This document shows, piece by piece, positions 17,491 to 26,197 of a DNA stretch of 64,000 bases. Under the pieces are notes generated by a model. It saw only the letters and a list, made by a program, of their open reading frames with translations, was not told where the DNA came from and did not search any database. Numbering within the stretch: position 1 is the stretch's first letter; every line of letters begins with the position of its first letter. This stretch comes from Coriobacteriia bacterium (GTDB taxonomy: Bacteria; Actinomycetota; Coriobacteriia; Coriobacteriales; Eggerthellaceae). The stretch spans positions 403-64,402 of the forward strand of contig JAUMVJ010000008.1 in assembly GCA_030530215.1 (NCBI GenBank), read 5' to 3'. The translations under genes and the position numbers were made by a program.

Positions 17491-18510
17491 ATGCTGTTTA
17501 AGAAAAGCCGTTTGGCCGAAGTGCTCGACGCCACCGCCCAAGCCATGGACGTCTACGTTCCCGCCATAGTCGAAGGCACCTCATGTTTCGCACCCTATGG
17601 CGAAGATGCCGGGGTAACCGAGCCCAACTTCGAGCTGCAGAACACGAAAATACCTCCGAAGGGCTTGCTGTTCCCCTCCACCGAGAAGCTCTACACCTGG
17701 GGCAAGGGCCCAGAAGGGGCCTTCATTGAAAGCGCCCTTGATAAGCCGGCGCCCTTTGTAGCCTTCGGAGTGCGCCCCTGCGACGTGGCCGCCATCGAGC
17801 GCATGGACCAGGTGTTCCTTACCAAAGGTTACATAGATGAGTTCTACCAGGCGAAGCGCGAAGCCCTGACCTGTGTGGCGCTTGCCTGCAATCGTGCGAG
17901 CGATGCCTGCTTCTGCACCTCAATGGGTCAAAGCCCCAACGAAGCTCCGGAAGCCGATCTGCTTCTTGTAGAGGGGGAGGACGCCTTCGAGATTCACCCT
18001 CAAACAGAGAAAGGCCAGGCGCTGGCAGACCTATGGAAGCCTTTCCTGGAAGAAGGGTCTGTCGATCATAAGCCGGTGGAGTGTTCCACCCAGGTGAATA
18101 TGGAGGGCGTTGCGCAGAAGTTGCATGGCATGTTCGACAGCCCGCTTTGGGACGAGGTTTCCACCGCCTGCCTTACCTGCGGCAGCTGCACCTTCATCTG
18201 CCCCACCTGCCACTGCTTCGACCTAAGCCAAGCACGCAAGAAGGAAGAAAACGCGCGTTTCCGCTGCTGGGACAGCTGCATGTTCAAGGATTACACGCTC
18301 ATGGCGGGCAACCACAACCCGCGCGAACAAAAGCGCAACCGCGTGCGCCAGCGCTTCATGCACAAGCTTTGCTTCTTCGAGGAGCGCTACGGCGAGCCTC
18401 TGTGCGTCGGCTGCGGCCGCTGCCTGGTGGATTGCCCAGCAACCATGGACATCACCGCCATCATCGATAAGGTAAATGCATGGGAAGAAAAGGAGGCGAG
18501 CCATGTCTAA
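17491..18510 (+). CDS. flxB: 4Fe-4S protein (FlxB/AsrA-like)
   Basis: GVRPCD, CFCTS, CLTCGSCTFICPTCHCF, RCWDSC, RQRFMHK, CVGCGRCLVDCP. Confidence 0.82.
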   Translation: MLFKKSRLAEVLDATAQAMDVYVPAIVEGTSCFAPYGEDAGVTEPNFELQNTKIPPKGLLFPSTEKLYTWGKGPEGAFIESALDKPAPFVAFGVRPCDVAAIERMDQVFLTKGYIDEFYQAKREALTCVALACNRASDACFCTSMGQSPNEAPEADLLLVEGEDAFEIHPQTEKGQALADLWKPFLEEGSVDHKPVECSTQVNMEGVAQKLHGMFDSPLWDEVSTACLTCGSCTFICPTCHCFDLSQARKKEENARFRCWDSCMFKDYTLMAGNHNPREQKRNRVRQRFMHKLCFFEERYGEPLCVGCGRCLVDCPATMDITAIIDKVNAWEEKEASHV

Positions 18511-19375
18511 GATCATCGTCGAGCATGGATGCGCCGGCATCTGCGAAGGATCCTCGCTTGTCCCCAAAATCGTGCACGTTACCGGCATCAAAGAGCTCAC
18601 GCACGACGTGAAGCTCTTCACCTTCAAGACACCCGAGGGCACGGCGCCCTTCGCAAGCAAGCCCGGGCAGCTGGGCATGTTCTCGGTTCCGCCCTTCGGC
18701 GAATGCATGTTCTGCATCACCTCGCGCGGCGAAGATTACGTCGAGATGGCCGTGAAGAAGGTCGGCGTGGTAACCGAGCAGATGCACAAGCTGCGCGTAG
18801 GCGACTCCGTTGGTCTGCGCGGCCCTTACGGCAACAGCTTCCCCTACGAAAGCTGCAAAGGGCGCAACATGCTCTTCATCGCGGGCGGCATCGGCATGGC
18901 ACCGGTGCGCGCCTTCCTGGAGTATTGCCTTGGCCACCGCGAGGATTACGGCCGCATCGACCTGGTGTACAGCGCCTCAACCTACGACGACTTGGTGTTC
19001 AAGGAAGAGCTGTTCGAAAAATGGCCCAGCTACCCCGACACGCATGTGCACGTGAGTCTATACCACGGCAACGAAAGCTGGACGGGGCCCGTTTCCTACA
19101 CCGCGCCCTACCTAGAGCAAGTGGTTGCCGAAGAAGGGCTCTCGACCGAGAACGCAGCTGTCACGCTCTGCGGCGGACCCAGCCTGTTCCGCACCTGCCG
19201 CGAGTCGCTTACAAAGCTGGGGTACAGCCCCGAGAACATCATTACCACGCTCGAAGCGCGCATGAAGTGCGGCGTGGGCAAATGCGGGCGCTGCAACATC
19301 GGCGGCAAATACATCTGCTTGGACGGCCCAGTGTTCACCGAAGCCGAACTGGCCGACATCCCCCGCGACCTGTAA
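18503..19375 (+). CDS. flxA: FAD/NAD(P)-binding oxidoreductase with [2Fe-2S] (FlxA/AsrB-like)
   Basis: PGQ, RGPYGNSF, AGGIGMAP, LEARMKCGVGKCGRC...CLDGPVF. Confidence 0.85.
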   Translation: MSKIIVEHGCAGICEGSSLVPKIVHVTGIKELTHDVKLFTFKTPEGTAPFASKPGQLGMFSVPPFGECMFCITSRGEDYVEMAVKKVGVVTEQMHKLRVGDSVGLRGPYGNSFPYESCKGRNMLFIAGGIGMAPVRAFLEYCLGHREDYGRIDLVYSASTYDDLVFKEELFEKWPSYPDTHVHVSLYHGNESWTGPVSYTAPYLEQVVAEEGLSTENAAVTLCGGPSLFRTCRESLTKLGYSPENIITTLEARMKCGVGKCGRCNIGGKYICLDGPVFTEAELADIPRDL

Positions 19376-19440
19376 AAGCCCGGCAGCACGCCGCAGGACC
19401 GCAACCGACAACGCGCAAGGCCAAAGCGCGCAACCCGCAA

Positions 19441-19573
19441 GCCGCAGGTGGCAAGCGCCCAAAACTGCCAACCCAAATTTGCCGCCTCGCCCGGCGCATC
19501 AAGCAAAGCCGCAGGTGGCAAGCCCGTAAGCTGCCAGCCCAGGATTGCCGCACGACCCGACATATCAAGCAAG
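19441..19573. repeat. Degenerate two-copy tandem repeat, about 67 bp period
   Basis: GCCGCAGGTGGCAAGC...CTGCCA.CCCA...TTGCCGC...ATCAAGCAA starts at 19441 and at 19508. Confidence 0.75.
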
Positions 19574-19577
19574 AACA

Positions 19578-19618
19578 AAGAAGGGAACGCACGGTTCATC
19601 GCCATGCGTTCCCTTCTT
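19578..19618. terminator. Bidirectional terminator between flxA and the LytTR gene
   Basis: AAGAAGGGAACGCA / TGCGTTCCCTTCTT. Confidence 0.8.
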
Positions 19619-19644
19619 AGATATCTGCCGAATTAGGCGCTGTG

Positions 19645-20358
19645 CTACAGGCCCAAAGCCTTCTTCAGGCTGGACACGCGACGGCGCGAAACGGGAATCT
19701 TATCCTCAACGCCATCAAGGGTCAAAAGCAAAGTACCGCCCGACTGAGGCTCAACTTCCTTAACCAAGGAAAGGTTAACCAGGTAGCCGCGATGCACGCG
19801 GAAGAAACCATGGCCGTCGAGGGTCTTTTCAAGCTGCGCCAAAGAGACCGTGCTAAAGAAGCGGTCGTCGGCGGTTTGCAGGTAAGCGTAATCGTCGCGC
19901 GCCATGACAAAGCGGATGTCGTCAATGTTGATGAGGATCTTCTTGCCGCCCTTTTCAACAGGGATGCGCTCGGCCTTTTGGGCCTTAGCGTGCAGCATGA
20001 CATGCTCGCGTACGCGATGGATGGCCTGGGACAGACGATCGGTCTCGACAGGCTTAACCAGGTAATCAACGGCCGCAACCTTGAAAGCATCCAGCGCGAA
20101 CTCGCTGTATGCGGTAACGAAGACCACCGCAGGGGGGAACTTCAGGTGCTGCAGGGCGTCGGCAAGCTGAAGACCGGTTGCCTCGGGCATGTTGATATCG
20201 AGGAACATCACGTCGCAGGGATATTCCTTGAGCTTCTCGATGGCCTCGCGAACGCTTGCGGCTTCCGCCACAACCTCGGTTTGGTTGATTTCACTCAGGA
20301 GAAAGCGCAGTTCAGAGCGTGCTGGTGCCTCATCGTCAACGATAATCGCCTTTAGCAA
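19645..20358 (-). CDS. LytTR-family response regulator (YpdB/BtsR-like)
   Basis: REC domain (VDDE, FLDINMP, FVTAY, DYLVKP) plus LytTR domain (FFRVHRGYLVN, IPVSRR). Confidence 0.94.
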   Translation of the reverse strand: MLKAIIVDDEAPARSELRFLLSEINQTEVVAEAASVREAIEKLKEYPCDVMFLDINMPEATGLQLADALQHLKFPPAVVFVTAYSEFALDAFKVAAVDYLVKPVETDRLSQAIHRVREHVMLHAKAQKAERIPVEKGGKKILINIDDIRFVMARDDYAYLQTADDRFFSTVSLAQLEKTLDGHGFFRVHRGYLVNLSLVKEVEPQSGGTLLLTLDGVEDKIPVSRRRVSSLKKALGL

Positions 20359-20430
20359 CTCGGGGCCTCCTTGAATTAGTTTGTAAAATGCAATTTTCGA
20401 GTATATCGTACCACGCTCGAACCGTGCATT

Positions 20431-21894
20431 TTAAATCTTCAAATCAGCCAAGTCGATGAAGTCCTCGCTCCCCTTTGAGCCATCAAAATCGGAAGCGACG
20501 GCGCTTGCGGCAGCCTTGCGCTTCAGCTGCTCGAACTCGTCAACAAGCTCGCCTTCAGCGGCGTGATCCTCGTCCAACTCATGCGCGCGATCTTTAAGAT
20601 ACAGCGTAACGAAGGTGCCCTTGCCCAGCTCAGAGCTGATGATCATCTTCGAGCCTTCGCCAAAGTACCCGCGCAGGCGATCGTTCACGTTCTTCACGGC
20701 AATACCCAAGCCCGTGTCGGACACAGGATGGAGGATGTTGTCGAGCGCTTCTTGCGTCATACCCACACCGTCGTCGGTGACGTAGATGTAAATGTCGTCG
20801 CCCTTGCGCTCGCCGTGAATGCCGATGGTCAGCTTGCCCTCGGCGGGGAATGCGTGCTTAATCGAGTTTTCAACCAGAGGCTGAATCATGAACGAAGGAA
20901 CCTCGAGCTCGCGAATCTCGTCGGGAATCGAGGAGTCGATGGCCAGGCGATCCTCGCCGAAACGGCACTGCTCAAGGGTGAGGTAGCGAACCGTCTGCTC
21001 AACCTCGCGCTCAAGGCTAATAAGGTCCGAGGAGTTTTCCAAGGTTGCACGGTAGAAGGTCGCAAACTCGCGCAACATGACGCGCGCCTTGTCGGGGTCG
21101 ATGCGGCAATAAGAGGCCATCGTGTTGATGGTGTTGAAAAGGAAATGCGGGTTGATCTGGCTCTGAAGCGCCTTGAGCTCCATGCTCGTTGCAAGCTTCT
21201 TCTGATCCTCCAGGCGCAGTGCCGAGATCTGCGTGCTCAACAGCTGCCCAAAGCCCTCGGCAATGGACACCTGGCTCTCGGTAATACGGGCAGGGTCGGA
21301 ATAGTAGAACTTCAAAGTGCCCAGCGTATCCTTGCCCTCGTTAAGGGGAACGATGATCGCCGCCTTAATGCCCTTTACCGGCGTGGGCAGGCCAACCTCC
21401 TGCTGGGAGCGCAGCACGCGCGTTTTGCCATCTTTAACCGTGTAGGCCGTGGCGGCGGTGCGGATGCGCCCACCAAGATGGCCCAGTTCCGAGCGGCCTA
21501 TGCCGCAGTAGCCCAGTACAACCTTGTCGTCGGTCATTGCAACGGCGCAGGCCGCAACGTTGGGAAGCAGCAGCTCGCAAACATGCTGAGCGCTCGAGGT
21601 GTCGTAGCCGTCGCGCATTGCCTCGAGCGTCTGGCTTGCCAGATTCAAAACCTCAAGCGATTGCTTTGCCTTCAAATGATCGGGATCGAACATAAAAGCG
21701 AAGGTCAAAAGCAGGAAAAGGGTGAACAAAAGGCCCGAAACGAACATAACCATGAAATTATGCTCGGGGCCGAACATCGCCCAACCGAGCACACAGCCGC
21801 TGATAAGCGCTAAGCATAAAAAGCTCGCCTCGGCGATAAGCTGCAAATTGTTATGGGAGATAACGCCTCCGAAGCGCTTATCCTCGTCGCCCAC
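20431..21894 (-). CDS. LytS/YpdA-family sensor histidine kinase
   Basis: Two TM helices, GAF-like region, LQSQINPHFLFNTIN, IQPLVENSIKH, DDGVG, GLGIAVKNV; GTG start after GAAAGGA. Confidence 0.92.
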   Translation of the reverse strand: MGDEDKRFGGVISHNNLQLIAEASFLCLALISGCVLGWAMFGPEHNFMVMFVSGLLFTLFLLLTFAFMFDPDHLKAKQSLEVLNLASQTLEAMRDGYDTSSAQHVCELLLPNVAACAVAMTDDKVVLGYCGIGRSELGHLGGRIRTAATAYTVKDGKTRVLRSQQEVGLPTPVKGIKAAIIVPLNEGKDTLGTLKFYYSDPARITESQVSIAEGFGQLLSTQISALRLEDQKKLATSMELKALQSQINPHFLFNTINTMASYCRIDPDKARVMLREFATFYRATLENSSDLISLEREVEQTVRYLTLEQCRFGEDRLAIDSSIPDEIRELEVPSFMIQPLVENSIKHAFPAEGKLTIGIHGERKGDDIYIYVTDDGVGMTQEALDNILHPVSDTGLGIAVKNVNDRLRGYFGEGSKMIISSELGKGTFVTLYLKDRAHELDEDHAAEGELVDEFEQLKRKAAASAVASDFDGSKGSEDFIDLADLKI

Positions 21895-21990
21895 GACGCA
21901 TCCTTTCCTAGCTTCAAGCTGCACGCCTATGCACAGGCTGGCAGCGGCGCGCAGACGCACGCCCTAGCAAAGGATACCGAAGCTCCTTGC

Positions 21991-22872
21991 TTACAGAACG
22001 CCAAACTCGTTAGCGGCAAGAAGGATGGCGCCCAAAACCAAGAAGCCACCGAAAACGAAACGCAAACGGCGCTCGGGGATGTAGTTAACCAGCGTAGCGC
22101 CCAAAAAGGCACCGGGGATGGAACCGCAGGCCATGGCCAGGCCAATCAGGAAATCGATGTTGCCCAGCATTCCCTGGGTGATGGTCCCCGGGATCGCCAA
22201 TATCAAAATCGCAATGAGCGAGGTGCCCGAGGCCTGCTTCATCGAAATGCCCAAAAACGAAATGAACAGGGGCACCATGATGAAGCCACCGCCGACGCCG
22301 ACGTAACCCGAGGCCAAGCCTGCGATCAAGCCGAAGAGCGCGCCCTTCAAAAGATCTTTGCCAGAGAGCTTGGGCAAAAGCGCGTCCATCTCGGCAAGAT
22401 GGGCGGCGCGGGCGGCCTTCTGCTCCTCGGGGCTCAGACCAGCGCGCTTTGAGCGCTCGTCAAAGGCCTTGCGAATGTTGGCAATAGTGCTTACCCCGCG
22501 AGGAGCCGCGAATGCCTTGCGGAACATCTTCCACGCGCTATAGCCCATGATCAAAGCCATAACCAGCATGACCAGCCATGATGGCGAAGCGTTTGCCAAG
22601 AGCACGCCAACCGGGGAAACGAAGGCGCCGGCAATGCCCGCCACGACGCCGAGCTTGGGTACGCAGGTGCGATTGCGGATATGCGTCACGAAGCCGGTGA
22701 TGGACGTGGGAATAATGGTGAAGAGCGACGTCGCCGTGGATACGATGGCAGGGAGACCGAAGCCCAGGCGCAGCAAAGGCACCATCACGGTGCCGCCGCC
22801 GATTCCGAGCATACCGGAAAAAACGCCTATGACCAGGCCGCATGCAATAGCGGCCAAGAACATTTCGAGCAT
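21991..22872 (-). CDS. TauE/SafE (TSUP) sulfite/sulfur-compound exporter
   Basis: GMLGIGGGTVMVP and GYVGVGGGFIMVP repeats, ATSL/GTSL, multiple TM helices. Confidence 0.9.
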   Translation of the reverse strand: MLEMFLAAIACGLVIGVFSGMLGIGGGTVMVPLLRLGFGLPAIVSTATSLFTIIPTSITGFVTHIRNRTCVPKLGVVAGIAGAFVSPVGVLLANASPSWLVMLVMALIMGYSAWKMFRKAFAAPRGVSTIANIRKAFDERSKRAGLSPEEQKAARAAHLAEMDALLPKLSGKDLLKGALFGLIAGLASGYVGVGGGFIMVPLFISFLGISMKQASGTSLIAILILAIPGTITQGMLGNIDFLIGLAMACGSIPGAFLGATLVNYIPERRLRFVFGGFLVLGAILLAANEFGVL

Positions 22873-24315
22873 TTACTCGTCCTCGCCCAGGTTCAGGCGG
22901 ATCTCGCCTGTAAGACCGGGATCAACGTTGATGTTGGGAATGTCCAGGCTGGCAATGCTCGGCACGTGGTAACGCTTTGCCTCGGCATCGCCCTCGGGCG
23001 CAGCGGACGAAGTTGCGGCGTCATAGGGCTCAACCGCGGCTTCCGCTGCGGCTGCAGTAGCGACCTCGGCGGGCTGCTCGGGAATCTCAACCGGAGCAAC
23101 GACCACGGTCTCGCCCGCCTGACGCGCAAAGGCCGCCTGAGCAAGAGCCTGCACCAAGGCATCGTCCGATTCCGTGGCAAGCATGACTTCGGGCCACACG
23201 CGCTGGAAGTCGAAATAGCGCGAGCAGTTCTGCTCGGCGTAAGCCTGGGCAAGCGTCGTTGCCTCGCGTGCTGCACGGCGGTATTCCCTCTTGTCGGAAC
23301 GCACCAAAGAACGCAAGAGCGCAGTCCTCTTCACGCGCTTGGCAATGCCAGGCTCCAGGAAAGGCCCCGGGTAAGGCTCAAGCGAAGAGGGCTTGATCTG
23401 CAAAAGGTCGATCTGCGAGCGGCTAAACTCGACCTTGGCGTACTCGTAAATCCAGCGGTAAATGTCCTTGCGGAAACGATGACCCTCGTGACGATTCTTC
23501 GGGGGCAAATGACGGCAAACCCAGCGGTTGTCGAACCAAACGTCCGAGCCGTACATGCGTAGATTCAAAAGATAGTCCAGGTCCTCACCGCGATGAATCC
23601 ACGCGTCAAAGCTCAGGCGCTTGTACACCTCGCGATGAAGCGCGAGCATGCCGCCGCAAACGTGGTTGGAACGGGACAGCCTGGGGCCCGCCATGGCGCG
23701 ATCGATCCAATGATTGAAAGCGCGGCCCTGCTGCCAGAAGTAGTTGTACCAACGGCTTTGGCTCTTCGAGTGATAGTTGCCCTCGTCGTTTAGGTAGTAG
23801 CCGGTTTTGGCAAGGATGGGGATGCCCTTCTTGGTGAGCTTGCCCAAGCCGTACATCGCGCGGCGCAGGAACTCAGGGTCCTCGATTACCTCATCGTCAT
23901 CCACGAAGACAACGGAATCGAAGCCGAAAGCGTTGGCAACCACCAAGCCAAGGTTGCGGACTGCACCGTAGCCGCAAAGACCGATTTCTTTGGAAACATC
24001 GCCGAAGCCGTGCTGGGCCAGGCGCTGCTGGATGATCTGACATTCCGCATCGCCAATAACCAAAATGTGCATCTGAGGAAACTCATCGGCGATCTTCTGC
24101 ACCTTATTCGCGGCTTCCTCGGCAACCTCGGCGTCGGCGGCAACGAGCAGGATCACCTGCCCCAAGCCCTCAACCTTCTGCAAAGATGCTAGGCAGCGCT
24201 TCAGCTCGCCAGGCGCGTTGATGGGCGTGGCGTGATCGTAGATGTCGTGCGCGGCGCCTTTGGTCTCGCGCAGCGTCGGACAATGGTACGTCGGAATGAT
24301 GATTGCAGGATTCAT
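22873..24315 (-). CDS. GT-A fold glycosyltransferase family 2-like protein
   Basis: IIIPTY, GYGAVRNLG, FVDDD, RGEDLDY; Ala/Glu-rich tail. Confidence 0.75.
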   Translation of the reverse strand: MNPAIIIPTYHCPTLRETKGAAHDIYDHATPINAPGELKRCLASLQKVEGLGQVILLVAADAEVAEEAANKVQKIADEFPQMHILVIGDAECQIIQQRLAQHGFGDVSKEIGLCGYGAVRNLGLVVANAFGFDSVVFVDDDEVIEDPEFLRRAMYGLGKLTKKGIPILAKTGYYLNDEGNYHSKSQSRWYNYFWQQGRAFNHWIDRAMAGPRLSRSNHVCGGMLALHREVYKRLSFDAWIHRGEDLDYLLNLRMYGSDVWFDNRWVCRHLPPKNRHEGHRFRKDIYRWIYEYAKVEFSRSQIDLLQIKPSSLEPYPGPFLEPGIAKRVKRTALLRSLVRSDKREYRRAAREATTLAQAYAEQNCSRYFDFQRVWPEVMLATESDDALVQALAQAAFARQAGETVVVAPVEIPEQPAEVATAAAAEAAVEPYDAATSSAAPEGDAEAKRYHVPSIASLDIPNINVDPGLTGEIRLNLGEDE

Positions 24316-24427
24316 GGTGTTGGGTCATCCCTCTACTTTGGAGTTCAATCTTACAAAGTGTACTCCATAGCCCAAGGTCGAACAGGGTGAGCCCCGCCCG
24401 CACACAAAGCAAGCACAGCCCGCACGG

Positions 24428-24841
24428 CTAAAGATAACGCCCGTATATTTCGTCAATGGAGGCGGTGCCGTCGTCGCGACCATGCTTCAAAATCTCGCGA
24501 ACGCGCTTGGCAATGCGCGGCCACACCGCTAGACGCTCAGAATGGCGCTTGGAGATATGTTCATGCATCTGGCTTTCGGACAAGCGTCCCTGAAGGGCCG
24601 ATTCCTGATCTTCCTGGGTGCGCTTGATAGCTTCCTGAATTTCTTCGGGAACGGGAAGGTTTGTGCCCTTGGGTACCTCGGGAATACTCTGCGTGCTCAT
24701 CGCTTGAGCAAGATCGTCGCTGATGACGCCACGGATCTTGCTTCCAACGTAGTATTTGCCCGGGCGCGCAGCACCAGACTCCTCAAGCTCGACGGCATAC
24801 ATCCAACCGTTCGTATTCAGTACCTTCATCATTACAGGCAT
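24428..24841 (-). CDS. Hypothetical protein (about 135 aa)
   Basis: Fills the intergenic gap; AAGGAG RBS (true start may be 24832); no motif recognised. Confidence 0.65.
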   Translation of the reverse strand: MPVMMKVLNTNGWMYAVELEESGAARPGKYYVGSKIRGVISDDLAQAMSTQSIPEVPKGTNLPVPEEIQEAIKRTQEDQESALQGRLSESQMHEHISKRHSERLAVWPRIAKRVREILKHGRDDGTASIDEIYGRYL

Positions 24842-25126
24842 CTCCTTGGCAAACGTAGGTAGGTGCCCCTCCCGGACATGAGACTAACGCAAAAAATGAA
24901 CGCGTTCAAATAGCTTTTCTCCTAAATTTTTGAAATTTCAAAGTTCTTTCAATTTTTGCCTGAAATTCCAGCTGAGAGCCCTTTGTTTTCGCTTTTTTAC
25001 CTGAGAGAAACGCGCCCGAGCGGCAAACCTCGCTGCCTCACCCGCGCAGTCCCAAACGCCCAGAAAAGAAACTTTGTCGCCCCGTTCCTCGCAGTTGCGC
25101 CCCATTCCGTGCGGAAATAGGACAAA

Positions 25127-26008
25127 ATGGAAATAGTGACCCCTCATGCAAGGAAAGCCATGTCCCGCACCGGAAACATCAAACGCGATCGCAGCCACGT
25201 TTCGCGCAGATACCTGATGCCGCACCAACGGCGTCCATCGGTGCATGAACGAAACGCCGTCAGGGTGGCGCACCACAACCGGCGCCTCATCGGCGTTAGC
25301 GCGCTTATCGCCTTCCTTATGTCGGCGACTTTCATCCTTTGGTCCTCGGACACGCCGGTCTATGGCCTCTACCTAGACAACATCGAGCAAATCCTCTCCG
25401 ATCCCAAAGCCACTCCGGCAAAGGCATCTAAGACCAAGGCCAACCGCGCAACGGCGAAGAAGAAAGCATCAAGCTCGCAGTTCAACGAATACGTAACCAC
25501 CAAAAACGAAACGGGCCGTGAGCACTGGACCCATATCGCCAAAGAGGCTCTTGCATACTACGACGTAGACCAGGAGTGGTACCCCCTTATCCTTGCCATG
25601 ATCAAAGTTGAATCGGGCGGCGACGTGGCCATCGACGTGCGCGAAGACATCATGCAGGCCTGGGAAGGCGACGGAAAGAAGATCATCTCTCAGGGCGTGT
25701 CGCAAAAGGGCATCCGCGGCGGCACCCCCGAGGCATCGATTTACGCCGGCTGCTATGAACTTTCACTCTGCATCGCCGATTACAAAAAATACCTAGGGCG
25801 CGACCCGCGCGTCGGCGACCTAGACGACGTGGGACTGCTTGCGCAAGGCTACAACTACGGCCATCAGGGATGGTTCAAATGGTGCGGCAAAAACGGCATC
25901 ACTAGCTGGAGCCTAGGCGATTCGCAGGCCTATCAAAACAAGATCGGCGGCATCGGCACCGCAAGCCACGGCGGCAAAGTCCAAAAAGCCTACGGGCAGT
26001 TTGCCTAA
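25127..26008 (+). CDS. Membrane-anchored lysozyme-like (CwlT-type) protein
   Basis: TM segment, then ILAMIKVESGG, DIMQA, PEASIYAG, QGYNYG; start uncertain. Confidence 0.75.
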   Translation: MEIVTPHARKAMSRTGNIKRDRSHVSRRYLMPHQRRPSVHERNAVRVAHHNRRLIGVSALIAFLMSATFILWSSDTPVYGLYLDNIEQILSDPKATPAKASKTKANRATAKKKASSSQFNEYVTTKNETGREHWTHIAKEALAYYDVDQEWYPLILAMIKVESGGDVAIDVREDIMQAWEGDGKKIISQGVSQKGIRGGTPEASIYAGCYELSLCIADYKKYLGRDPRVGDLDDVGLLAQGYNYGHQGWFKWCGKNGITSWSLGDSQAYQNKIGGIGTASHGGKVQKAYGQFA

Positions 26009-26061
26009 ACTTTCTTCCAGGCCCTTGCCTAGCCCATCAAAGCCATAGCTCAGGCAATGAA

Positions 26062-26092
26062 AAAGGCGCAGCCCTTCGTGGACTGCGCCTTT
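26062..26092. terminator. Bidirectional terminator
   Basis: AAAGGCGCAG / CTGCGCCTTT between convergent genes. Confidence 0.75.
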
Positions 26093-26197
26093 GCATTAAG
26101 CGCTATTGCGTATGTTTGCGGCACCCGAAAACCGCCCCTGGGGGCCTGGCGAGTGCCACGAAGGGCACAACGCAACAATTGCCAGCAGCACCGAGCC

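Noticed and set aside
12366-19375. Selenocysteine recoding in HdrA or FlxD
   Set aside because: The expected positions are Cys and the ORFs are full length with no internal TGA.
17491-19375. Anaerobic sulfite reductase asrAB or a sulfhydrogenase
   Set aside because: No asrC or hydrogenase large subunit is present; the position after hdrCBA-mvhD fits flxB/flxA.
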